A stretch of 64,000 bases of DNA from Bdellovibrionales bacterium (GTDB lineage Bacteria; Bdellovibrionota; Bdellovibrionia; Bdellovibrionales; UBA1609): NCBI GenBank assembly GCA_965199825.1, contig OZ241329.1, positions 192,001 through 256,000 on the forward strand, written 5' to 3'. The position numbers were made by a program, and so were the translations under genes. Under the pieces are notes generated by a model that was given only the letters and a program-made list of their open reading frames with translations, was not told where the DNA came from and did no database searches. Positions 9,075-19,500 of this stretch are shown here, piece after piece. Numbering within the stretch: position 1 is the stretch's first letter; every line of letters begins with the position of its first letter.

Positions 9075-12000
9075 TAGGGCCAACCTGTGGACCATGAAAC
9101 ATAGCAATAACTGCCAACACGTTGAATATTATAAATAGAACCTGTTGCTGCTCGATTTGATGATACCGGCATCATCGATGTTGTTAAAGAAGTTGATCCA
9201 TTATCAGAATAACAATTTACAGTGGTTGTTCCAGCCGCAGATCCGCGCACGGCAACTGTATACGACCCACCATTAGTTAAATTGTTTATATTCAGAGTGA
9301 TGTTTGTTTGTGAACCAACATTCCACTCCAGCGCTGAATTCGAACTTGTATCAAACGTTAATGGCGAAGTTGCCGATGAACTGGTTGCTGTGGTAGTCGA
9401 TCCGCCTCCGCTTGCGGGAGTTGACCAAGATAAAACTCCGCTGCCGTTGGTGGTGAGCACTTGGTTTGCTGCTCCATCAGCGGTGGGCAATGTCCAAATT
9501 GTGTTTCCGGCATATGCGGCAGATTGAAAACCAGAATATCCATTTGCAGAGCCAGAAAGTCGCATTGTGCCTTTAACATCGAGAGCTGCACCCGGCGTTG
9601 TTGTGCCGATGCCTACGTTACCCGACGAATCAATCCGCATCCGTTCTTGGATACCAGTGCGATTATTTGCGGCGGTATGAAAGGCCAACGCACCGGCACG
9701 CCAATTGTTATCAAGGCCAGGCCCTGCATCCACCGCATCGATTGCTGCGAGTGAATCGACATTTCCACTGATGGTTAAGCCTGAAAATGTTAAGGCAGGA
9801 ACTCTCTGGCCAGTTTGAACACTCGCATTGTTATGAATATTTATTCCAATGACAGAGGTGTAAGCACTTGAATCCGAATTTGTACTCGTCACATTGACTT
9901 GCGGAACTCCAGCATAAAGAGGCGCATCGGGATATTCAAGTTGAACCCCACCCGACGTCCCAGACCAACTTCCGACTTGAAGTGCAGCCATGGGCGCAGT
10001 TGTTCCGATCCCTACATTGCCGTTGGCCAATATTCGAACTGCCTCTGAACCATTTGTTGATAAACCAATTGTGTTTGTAGCAGGCGAAAACATTCCGGTG
10101 TTTGTATTTCCATTAAATGCATAACCAGGAGCAGCGGCTGTTCCTGTAGATGCAGGTAATCCTCCGCTTGCTGAAGCCCATGAGGGAAGCCCACTTGCCA
10201 CAGTTAAAACTTGTCCGTTTGTGCCTGCAGGCAATCTTGAAAGTCCGGTGGTTGAAGAAGCGTAGAGTATGTCGCCGACTGAGTAAGAGGATTGCCCAGT
10301 TCCACCATTTGCAGCGGTGACGCTGCCGCTGATCTGCGATGATGGTAAACTAATATTTGTGCACGACATCACATCGCCCACAGAATTGTAAGTCAGAGTC
10401 TGATTACTCAAACAGGAATTTGCAAATTGATTGGTGCCCGTGACTGTGGATCGCAAATCTGTCATTGCGGTAAATCCAGGCGACCAAGCAGAACCATTCC
10501 ATCTTAGGGCTTGCCCTGCGGTTGTTGGTGCACTTGCGCTGACTGCACTTCCTTGAAGTTTGGTGACCGTGAACGCACCAGCGTCGGTCATTGTTGCATC
10601 ACCTGAAGGTGTGACCGCTGCGGCTGTTCCGCCGCTGTTACCAACGAGTATTTTGCCGTCGGCAAGTGTGTTACTCAATTTGTTATTAAAGGTTGTGTAG
10701 TCCGAATTTGAGAGGAGACCCGCAGTCACCGACGCTGCCGAAGCCATTGGAATATTTAATGTGTGGGTGCTTGATCCGCTTACGAATGCAGGAGTCGTTC
10801 CTGTCGTGCCCGTCGCAAAATTTTGCGAAGTGGTTGTTAAACCATTGAGCGACGATATTCCAGTCCCTGCAGGTGTCGACCATGCCAGCACTCCGCTGCC
10901 GTTGGTGGTGAGCACTTGATTGGCGCTACCATCGTTCGCAGGCAAGGTCCAAATGGTTGAGCCAGCTACAGCTGCGGGTTGAAATCCTGCGTAGCCGCTT
11001 GTTGATCCCAACATGCGAATCGATCCATTGACATCCAAAGCAGCGCCGGGAGTGGCGGTTCCAATGCCCACATTTCCACCTGCGGGATTGAGGGTGAGGG
11101 GAAATGATGTTCCATAGGTGTTGTGGGACTGAATCCACTGCGCGTAATTTGTTGATGCGGTTCCGAGTCCAAAACTCAATATTTGATTGCCTGATTCAAA
11201 TGACACTGCCCCAAGGCTTGATGCGCTCAACGACGGATCAGATGAGATCACAGCACCTTGTGTTCCAACCTGAAGACGAGCTCCTGGATTTGTTGATCCG
11301 ATACCGACGTTGCCATTCGCATCGATTCTCATCTGTTCTTTGTTGACCCCAGCACCAATTGAATTTCCGCTTGTTGAAAACAAGAGCGCCGTATTGTCAT
11401 CGGTATATCCTGGTTTTCTTTGTGCGGTGATGGAGGCCCATGTTGAACTGGTACTCGCAGCTGAGCTAAATGCAATCGTTCCAAGATTGGAATTGTCCGA
11501 TGGATTCGATTGCGAATCATGAAACCAAAATGTTGGAGCCGTAGCCGCAATATCTAATCGACCTTGTGGATTTGTTGTTCCAACCCCAATATTTCCGGAA
11601 CTGTCGATGCGCATCCGCTCAACAGAATTTGTTGAGAAGCCTAAAGTGGCGGTTGACGCGAGATACATTCCATCATTTGCTTCATTCGAAAATGAGTAAG
11701 AAGGCGCTGACGGACTTCCGTTACTTGCCAAAACAGAGGACGAAGTTTGAATGTAACCCACAACATCGAGTGGGCGCACTGGAGCAGTTGTGCCAATGCC
11801 CACATTTCCAAAAGCATCCATTCGCATGCGCTCTAAACCACCCGTACTCGCCGCAAGTGTCGAAGCCAAAGGCCTAAACCAGCCGGTGCCCGCATCGCCG
11901 GAAAAAGAATATGTTGGAGCTGCAGCAGTTCCTGCAGCAGAAGTCATATTTGCTCCACCGGTCACGGGCGAAACCATACCCGCGCTTGATAAATTAAATA

Positions 12001-14302
12001 TGTTTGTGCCTTCAGCTGCAATACCGATCACATCATTTGAGCCTGAGTCAAAAAATCCGGTGTTGGTGTCGCCCGAAAATGTCAACGACGGCGCGCTCGA
12101 GGATCCTGCACCCACTCCCACCGAACTGTAGCTACTCGTCCCGCCACTCAAAGGGATGGGTGTTCGTGTGGTGCCCACTGTTAAATAATAATTTGTCCCA
12201 TCGTACTCGACTGAACCATCTTCGGCAGTTGTGACTAAGGGACCAGCTGAAAATTTAAGAGGAGCAGCGCCCGCACTTGTCGTGCCCGCCTTCAATTGCA
12301 AAACAGCGCTAGGACTGGTCGTGCCCACTCCCACTTTTCCAGAAGGAAGAACAGTCAGACCAACCACATTATTTGCTTTTAACGAAAAACTTGTCGCATC
12401 GGTCGTGCCCACCGATGCGCTCACGCCAAACGCATTGCCACCATTTTTAAAATAAGTCGTGTCGTATCCCCCAGAAGGCAGATCACTCGAAGCCAAAGCA
12501 CGAAATGTTGCAGCACCGGCTCCACCGCTGGATGGACCCGCAAGTACCGCATTCTGCGCTTGCGACCCAAAGCTTGAAGCTCCAACCGAAATTGTGGCGC
12601 AAGAATATGTATCAGTCACAGCAGAGTAAGTCAGAGTTTGTGATGAGGTGCAATTGGTTGGAAACAGCGGAGCACTTCCGGCAAGCGAAGAGCGCAAATC
12701 GGCAACGCCTAAAAATGCCGGCGCATATTGTGTTGAGCCATCATAGCGGAGCACTTGTCCAGCCGATGTGGGAGTGCTCGAAGAAATTGGTGTCGATTGA
12801 ATTCCTGCGACTCGTGGAGCTGGATAATTTCCGGAAAGATCACCACTCGCGGCGCCCGTACTCCCAGTTGATGAAATCGTTATTAATCCCGCACCATTCG
12901 TAATCGCAACACCAGTCCCCGCGGTTAAACTGGCGGCAACAGGTGCAGCACCGGTTGAGCCCACAAAAACTTGACCGTTGGTCAAAGGTGAAGCTTCAAC
13001 AATTGCACCGCCACTCGATATCATCAAACGATTATTATTTAGAGCTACAGTCGAGTTGGTCCCCCCGTTGGCCACGGCTAATGTGCCCAACGACAAAACT
13101 CCAGATCCTGAGTTATAAATTAATGGCGCAGTTGCCGAAATTGATGCACGCGCATTGGTATCGCTGTAAGGAGTGGTCCAAGATAAAATTCCCGCAGTGG
13201 TGCTGGTCAAGACCTGACCGTTCGAAACTGGCGCAGCGGTTGGCCATGTTAATGTGTAAGAGGCAGACACCGTCGATGGAGCTTGCAGAGTTACCGAATT
13301 TGAGGCGCTATCGCGAGCAACAATTGAACTGGTCGAAACGCTGCTTGCCGAAAAACCACCCGATGAATCCCGCTTGACGATCATGCTGTTCGTATCAAGG
13401 GGTGTGGCCGCATTACTCAACAATTCTGCAGAGTGCACATTCGCAGCTGTTGATCCGCCAACACTCGACACGGTGGTCGCAGCGAGACTTCCAGTCACAT
13501 CACCCGAAAGCGATCCACTCGCGGTGCTTAAAACTTGGGTTGTAGAACCGTTATAATATTTGACCATGTTTGAGGTCGAATCGTACCAAACGCTTCCTGC
13601 AGCTGGCGATGTTGGTGGACTCGATGTGGAATAACTGGGAAGTGAAGCCCCACTTGATGTGGTTGATGAAACATAGTTTCCACCACCCGCAAGCAATGAA
13701 GTCAGCTTTGGGTAATTGGTATTTGAAAATACCGAAGACAAAGAAGTTTGATTGAGTTGTGTTGTGGAGTCAGCTTGAAGAATATTTCCGGTGGTGATGC
13801 CGTTTAAACTTTCGGCCACGAGTGCTGAGGGCACCGAATTCAATTTCATATCGGGTGACAGTGTCACTTGCACATTTGTGGACGAAGGTAAGACCACAAC
13901 TCTCAAATAGCGTTGATCTCCTGCGGTGGGCACATAAGTACAAGCAGCCCCATTGATGGCAGAGCGCCCATTGATAACGCTTAAATTTTGATAAACGCTT
14001 GCCATGTAATTGCCAGAATCAATCGACGAACGCTTCACATCCGTTGGGCTTGAGCCCACCGAAATATTGAAATACCCATTGCTCGAACTGGTGTTGATAT
14101 TTTGGGTTTCTTCATAAAGTATACAAGATTTGTTTGGATCTAAAACCTGGAGTCTTAAATTAACAGAATTATCTAAGAGCGGATTTGATCCACTTGAAGA
14201 ATTGTAGAGCCGGCCATCGAGGGTAAAGCTTTGTGAAGCTTCTCCTAGACCAAAAGACTGCGTGCTGATTAAAAAAATGAATAACCCAACAATACGTACC
14301 AC
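9074..14302 (-). CDS. Fibre 1: MAT-like phage-tail-fibre-like surface protein, 1742 aa, YVSW-type C-terminal domain, no S74
   Basis: Signal peptide, conserved FTLDGRLYN...CILYEE N-domain, many GNVGIGTT repeats, ends CYVSWSTGWP. Confidence 0.9.
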   Translation of the reverse strand: MVRIVGLFIFLISTQSFGLGEASQSFTLDGRLYNSSSGSNPLLDNSVNLRLQVLDPNKSCILYEETQNINTSSSNGYFNISVGSSPTDVKRSSIDSGNYMASVYQNLSVINGRSAINGAACTYVPTAGDQRYLRVVVLPSSTNVQVTLSPDMKLNSVPSALVAESLNGITTGNILQADSTTQLNQTSLSSVFSNTNYPKLTSLLAGGGNYVSSTTSSGASLPSYSTSSPPTSPAAGSVWYDSTSNMVKYYNGSTTQVLSTASGSLSGDVTGSLAATTVSSVGGSTAANVHSAELLSNAATPLDTNSMIVKRDSSGGFSASSVSTSSIVARDSASNSVTLQAPSTVSASYTLTWPTAAPVSNGQVLTSTTAGILSWTTPYSDTNARASISATAPLIYNSGSGVLSLGTLAVANGGTNSTVALNNNRLMISSGGAIVEASPLTNGQVFVGSTGAAPVAASLTAGTGVAITNGAGLITISSTGSTGAASGDLSGNYPAPRVAGIQSTPISSSTPTSAGQVLRYDGSTQYAPAFLGVADLRSSLAGSAPLFPTNCTSSQTLTYSAVTDTYSCATISVGASSFGSQAQNAVLAGPSSGGAGAATFRALASSDLPSGGYDTTYFKNGGNAFGVSASVGTTDATSFSLKANNVVGLTVLPSGKVGVGTTSPSAVLQLKAGTTSAGAAPLKFSAGPLVTTAEDGSVEYDGTNYYLTVGTTRTPIPLSGGTSSYSSVGVGAGSSSAPSLTFSGDTNTGFFDSGSNDVIGIAAEGTNIFNLSSAGMVSPVTGGANMTSAAGTAAAPTYSFSGDAGTGWFRPLASTLAASTGGLERMRMDAFGNVGIGTTAPVRPLDVVGYIQTSSSVLASNGSPSAPSYSFSNEANDGMYLASTATLGFSTNSVERMRIDSSGNIGVGTTNPQGRLDIAATAPTFWFHDSQSNPSDNSNLGTIAFSSAASTSSTWASITAQRKPGYTDDNTALLFSTSGNSIGAGVNKEQMRIDANGNVGIGSTNPGARLQVGTQGAVISSDPSLSASSLGAVSFESGNQILSFGLGTASTNYAQWIQSHNTYGTSFPLTLNPAGGNVGIGTATPGAALDVNGSIRMLGSTSGYAGFQPAAVAGSTIWTLPANDGSANQVLTTNGSGVLAWSTPAGTGISSLNGLTTTSQNFATGTTGTTPAFVSGSSTHTLNIPMASAASVTAGLLSNSDYTTFNNKLSNTLADGKILVGNSGGTAAAVTPSGDATMTDAGAFTVTKLQGSAVSASAPTTAGQALRWNGSAWSPGFTAMTDLRSTVTGTNQFANSCLSNQTLTYNSVGDVMSCTNISLPSSQISGSVTAANGGTGQSSYSVGDILYASSTTGLSRLPAGTNGQVLTVASGLPSWASASGGLPASTGTAAAPGYAFNGNTNTGMFSPATNTIGLSTNGSEAVRILANGNVGIGTTAPMAALQVGSWSGTSGGVQLEYPDAPLYAGVPQVNVTSTNSDSSAYTSVIGINIHNNASVQTGQRVPALTFSGLTISGNVDSLAAIDAVDAGPGLDNNWRAGALAFHTAANNRTGIQERMRIDSSGNVGIGTTTPGAALDVKGTMRLSGSANGYSGFQSAAYAGNTIWTLPTADGAANQVLTTNGSGVLSWSTPASGGGSTTTATSSSATSPLTFDTSSNSALEWNVGSQTNITLNINNLTNGGSYTVAVRGSAAGTTTVNCYSDNGSTSLTTSMMPVSSNRAATGSIYNIQRVGSYCYVSWSTGWP

Positions 14303-14309
14303 GACTAAG

Positions 14310-14337
14310 GTATCGACAGATTGAGCTAATTTTTTGA
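14310..14337 (-). promoter_or_regulatory. Sigma28/FliA-like promoter of fibre 1
   Basis: TCAA-N16-GTCGATAC. GTCGATA ends 8 nt before the GTG start. Confidence 0.6.
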
Positions 14338-14484
14338 GTAATACTTAAGGTTTGTTTCAAATTGAGGCGCGGAAGACAAATATTTGAAACGTATTGGACC
14401 TGGGCGAGCAAGTTTTCTAAATTAACTGAATCCGCACTTCAACAATTTTCCGAGATGGTAAAATCAGACTTTCAAGGTCTTTCA

Positions 14485-16563
14485 TCAAAATAAGAGATTA
14501 AAGGTTTTGAGGACCGCATTGTCGTTGGTGATAAAAAGTGAAGATCCACTTACGGCGATTGCGGTCGGATAAATGAGCGCTCCCGGCAAAGCTCCAAGTA
14601 AAAAACCCATCTTCGTTCGACTCCCCAAAATTGTAGACACAACTCCTGCAGGAGTAATCTTACGAATCAGATTATTATTGGTGTCTGCAACATAGAGATT
14701 TCCTGCAGAGTCGACAGCGATGCCTTGAGGCAAATTAAAAGATGCCGCTGTTCCTTGGCCATCGTCAAACCCTGCTGTTTGAGTTCCAGCAAGAGTTGTG
14801 ACTTCTCCACTTGGAGAAATTTTTCGGATGGTTTGATTTCCGGCGTCGGTAACATACAAGATGTTAGAAGAATCAATTGCGATATAAGCTGGTGAACCAA
14901 AACTTGCCGCTGCTCCGTTTGCATCTGTAGATCCAAAATTGCCGGCAGTGCCGGCAAAAGTTGAGACATATCCAGTTGGAGTAATTTTCCGAATCGTAAA
15001 GTTGTATGAGTCAGCAACAAAAACATTGCCAAAAGAATCACATGCCAATCCCACAGGATTATTAAAACTTGCAGAAGCGCCCTGCCCATCATTTGATCCA
15101 GAAACTCCATCGCTCCCAGCAAAAGTCGTTACCACACCCGCTGGAGAAATTTTTCGAATTGTAAAACGATTTTGATCCGAAACAAAAAGGTTCCCATCTT
15201 TATCCAAGGCTATACCTGTTGGAACTGAAAATCGGGCGCTAGTTCCAACGCCGTCAGCAGAGCCGGAGTTGGTGGAACTTCCTGCAAACGTTGATACATT
15301 TCCCGCTGAATCGATTTTTCGAATATCGGAATTGTTCTGTTCGGTGACGTACGCATTATTTAAACTATCGACCACAATTCCGTAGGGGTGGGCAAACGTG
15401 GCCGCAGCGCCTTGCCCATCGTCTGAACCAAAAACGATGTTAGATCCAGCAATCGTGCTCACTATGTTTGAGGTGTTTATTTTTCGAATTTTGAAATTTC
15501 CAAGATCCGAAATATAGAGATTTCCATTAGTATCGATTGTAATTCCAAAGGGAAAATAAAACCTCGCATCACTGCCATGTCCATCGACATCTTGATACTG
15601 TCCAGCAGCGCCTGCCAAAGTTGACACAACCCCTGAGCTGGTGATTTTTCGAATGGTGCTATTAAAACTGTCGACTACATAAACATTTTTTAAACTATCA
15701 ACTGTAATACCTGAGGGATTGTTGAAAGTCGCAGCAGCGCCTGTTCCATCATTCGACCCATTGAAACCAGGCGAACCTGCGAGAGTGCTTACTAAACCTG
15801 AGGGAGTGATCATCCGAATTGTTGAGTTCACGGTATCGGTGACATAAATTTGATCCATATTATCAATTGCAATCCCTTGAGGGAAATAAAATTGTGCGGC
15901 ATTACCTAAGCCATCAGACGATCCTGAATTGCCCGTCGAGCCAGCAAATGTGCTAACAGTACCAGAGGATGTAATCTTCCGAATTGTGCTATTAAAGGCG
16001 TCAGCAACGTATAAATTTCCGGAGCTATCGATAGCAATTCCAGTTGGAAAATTAAATGTTGCAGCAGACCCGACTCCGTCATCAGACCCAAGTACTCCGG
16101 GCGTTCCAGCAAAGGTGGTGACCACTCCAGTAGCGGAGATTTTTCGGATTGTTTGATTTAATGAATCGACAACAAATACATTTCCGCTTGAGTCACCTGC
16201 TATACCTCTAGGACTATTGAACTGTGCAGCTGATCCAATCCCATCAGCAGAGCCTTTAACAAAACTGCCAGCAAATGTGGTAACACTTCCACTAAGAGTC
16301 ATCTTGCGAATCGAATTGGTACCAACGTCAGTAATCAAAATATTGCCCGAAGCATCTACAGCAAGAGAATAAGGCTGATAAAAACTAGCTCCACTGCCGA
16401 CTCCATCGATGTTTCCGGGACCGTAGACTGAGCCTGCAAGTAAAAGAATTTGATTCAAAAGAGTCGCTTTAAAAAATCCAAAAGGTATTTGAGCAACCGC
16501 AGCTGCTACAAATGTGAATTGAAAAACCAAAATTGAAACAGCAAAAACTTTTATAAATTTCAT
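14485..16563 (-). CDS. Secreted NHL-repeat beta-propeller protein (~692 aa); partner of fibre 2
   Basis: ATG at 16563 lies 4 nt after the fibre stop. Signal peptide MKFIKVFAVSILVFQFTFVAAAVA, then QIPFGFFK, then about 11-12 repeats of FxxPxGIAxDxxGNxYVxDxxNxxIRKI. Confidence 0.9.
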   Translation of the reverse strand: MKFIKVFAVSILVFQFTFVAAAVAQIPFGFFKATLLNQILLLAGSVYGPGNIDGVGSGASFYQPYSLAVDASGNILITDVGTNSIRKMTLSGSVTTFAGSFVKGSADGIGSAAQFNSPRGIAGDSSGNVFVVDSLNQTIRKISATGVVTTFAGTPGVLGSDDGVGSAATFNFPTGIAIDSSGNLYVADAFNSTIRKITSSGTVSTFAGSTGNSGSSDGLGNAAQFYFPQGIAIDNMDQIYVTDTVNSTIRMITPSGLVSTLAGSPGFNGSNDGTGAAATFNNPSGITVDSLKNVYVVDSFNSTIRKITSSGVVSTLAGAAGQYQDVDGHGSDARFYFPFGITIDTNGNLYISDLGNFKIRKINTSNIVSTIAGSNIVFGSDDGQGAAATFAHPYGIVVDSLNNAYVTEQNNSDIRKIDSAGNVSTFAGSSTNSGSADGVGTSARFSVPTGIALDKDGNLFVSDQNRFTIRKISPAGVVTTFAGSDGVSGSNDGQGASASFNNPVGLACDSFGNVFVADSYNFTIRKITPTGYVSTFAGTAGNFGSTDANGAAASFGSPAYIAIDSSNILYVTDAGNQTIRKISPSGEVTTLAGTQTAGFDDGQGTAASFNLPQGIAVDSAGNLYVADTNNNLIRKITPAGVVSTILGSRTKMGFLLGALPGALIYPTAIAVSGSSLFITNDNAVLKTFNLLF

Positions 16564-16567
16564 TTGT

Positions 16568-19500
16568 TTATTGAAATCCTGCGATCCATGAGACGTACAC
16601 GGTCGTGCCAATGCGTTGAAAGCTATATACGGTTTGTTGACCCGCGCTACGGCTGCCATTGGCAGGGCTGTAAAGAAACGTGAGTCCCGATTGTGCAAAC
16701 ACACATTGAGTCGCCGTAGTTTCGGTAACTGCCAAAATGTACGTGCCCCCATCAAGCATATTTGCAAAAGTGGTGTTTGTACACGCCACACTCATGGATT
16801 GAGCATTGCCATTATTCCAATCTACGCTAGACGAAGAATTGATTTTTGTCGCTCCACCACTGCCGGTCGATCGCGTTTGACCGCGAACTTCTAAAGCCGC
16901 CTGTGGGTTTGTTGTTCCAATCCCAACATTGCCGTTGGTGTGCAGTCGCATCAGCTCGCTGCCGCTCATCAAAAACATGAGTGCGCGACTCGATCCGGAG
17001 CCGTTTTTTTCGGTGCCAATAAAAGCATCTGATCCAACACCCGAATACTGGTTAAAACCAAAAGTCAGACGTTCATAATCGCTGGGATTATTCGCGAGAG
17101 TGTTAGTGGTGCGGTAAACTTCAACCACCGCAGTCTGATCGGTTTGACCACCGATTTTTAAATCTGTCGCCGCAGTTGAGCTCTGAATAATTGCGGTTGC
17201 TCCTCCAGGTCCAACAACGTGGAGTCCTCCGAGTGGCGCAGTTGTTCCGATCCCAACACTTCCGCTGGGAAGAATACGCATCGCTTCTGCACCATTGGTA
17301 GCTAAACCAATTGTGTTTGTGTCCGCACCAAACATTCCGGTATTTGTATTTCCTAAAAATGCATACCCAGGTGCAGCCGCCGTTCCTGGTGCAGCCGGAA
17401 GTCCGCCACCCCCACTTGCAGCCGACCACGAGGGAATTCCGCTTGCTAATGTTAAGACTTGCCCGTTCGCGCCTGCAGGCAATCGCGAAAGTGCGCTTGT
17501 AGATGAGGCATAGAGCAAATCACCCACGGCATAGTTGGATTGGCCCGTTCCGCCGTTGGCCGTTGCAACACTGCCAGTAATTTGCGACGTCGGTAAACTG
17601 ATGTTTGCACACGACATCACATCGCCCACCGAGTTGTAGGTCAGGGTTTGATTGTTCAAACACGATGAAGCAAATTGGTTTGTTCCAGTTACTTTTGATC
17701 TTAAGTCCGTCATGGCGATAAAGCCGGGCGCCCACGCAGAACCGCTCCATCTTAGAGCTTGTCCTGCGGTTGTTGGTGCAGTGGCGCTAACTGTTGTGCC
17801 TTGAAGTTTTCCGACGGTGAACGCACCAGCGTCGGTCATTGTTGCATCACCTGAAGGTGTTACTGCTGCGGCTGTTCCGCCGCTGTTACCAACAAATATT
17901 TTTCCATCAGCAAGAGTGCTGGTGAGTTTGTTTGTGAAAGTAGTGTAGTCCGAATTTGAGAGGAGACCCGCAGTCACCAAAGCCGTTGAGGCTAAAGGAA
18001 TATTTAAGGTGTGAGTGCTTGTTGCTGAAGTGAACGAAGGTGCAGTGCCGGTTGTGCCCGTTGCAAAGGTTTGCGAAGTGGTGGTTAAACCATTGAGTGA
18101 CGATATCCCAGTCCCTGCAGGTGTCGACCATGCCAGCACTCCACTGCCATTGGTGGTGAGCACTTGGTTGGCGCTACCATCGTTCGCAGGCAAGGTCCAA
18201 ATGGTTGAGCCAGCTACAGCTGCGGGTTGAAATCCTGTATAACCGCTTGTGGAGCCCGACATGCGGATCGCGCCATTAACATCCAAAGCCGCGCCGGGAG
18301 TAGCGGTGCCGATACCGACATTTCCACCGGCTGCATTGAGCACGAGAGGAAAGGATGACCCATAGGCATTATGTGATTGGATCCACTGGGCATAATTTGT
18401 TGATCCAGTACCAAGTCCAAAACTTAATATCTGATTGCCCGATTCAAACGACACTGCCCCAAGGTTTGATGCGCTGAGCGACGGATCAGATGAAATGACC
18501 ACGCCTTGTGTTCCAACTTGAAGTCGAGCACCTGGGCTTGTTGTTCCGATTCCGACATTACCGGAAGCATCGACCGTCATCCTTGCCGTATTATTAGTCT
18601 GTAAGGTTAGAGGAAGACTATTGTAGGTTCCAACTTGCAGACCGTTTGTCGTCTCGATGATTTGGGCCTGATTTGTTCCCCCACCAGAATTATTAAATAA
18701 AGCAATACTCGAATAGTTGGCTGTTCCAGATGGATAAATATTAAGAGAGGTTGCGTAATTCAAGATCGAAGATTGCAGCATGGTATCACCATTGCCGTAC
18801 AAAGTTGAAAATGTACCGCCTGTTGGGATTATGACTGACCCAGACACTCGAGCGTTTCCAACAATGTCTAAAGCTTGAGCTGGCGCAGTTGTTCCAATAC
18901 CCACTTGTCCGCTGGCTGTTACACGGACTACCTCTGCACCATTGGTAGATAAACCAATTGTGTTTGTAGCTGGAGAAAACATTCCGGTATTTGTATTTCC
19001 CGAAAATGCATACCCAGGAGCTGCAGCCGTTCCGGCAGACGCAGGTAAGCCTCCGCCCGATGAAGCCCATGAGGGCAATCCACTTGCGACTGTTAAAACT
19101 TGTCCGTTCGTGCCCGCTGGCAATCGTGAAAGAGCAGTCGTTGACGAAGCGTAAAGCACATCACCAACCGCATAAATGGTTTGGCCCGTTCCACCGTTTG
19201 CGGGCGTGATCGATCCCGTTAATTGTGAAGAAGGTAAACTAATGTTTGTGCACGCCATCACATCGCCCACAGAGTTGTAAGTCAGCGTTTGATTGCTCAA
19301 ACATGAATTTGCAAATTGATTAGTGCCTGTGACTGTTGAACGAAGATCAGTCATTGCGATAAAGCCTGGCGACCAACTTGAGCCGCTCCATCTGAGAGCT
19401 TGGCCTGCGGTTGTTGGGGCAGTGGCACTGACGGCGCTGCCTTGCATTTTTGCAACTGTCAATGCACCCGTGTCGGCCATTGTGACATCGCCTGAAGGTG

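Noticed and set aside
16564..16791. Extended ORF-track N-termini (16791, 9107, 2373, 42374, 58282, 58515, 56328, 50099)
   Set aside because: Downstream starts give clean signal peptides, stop/start coupling or an SD. Most of the longer versions overlap neighbouring genes or promoters.
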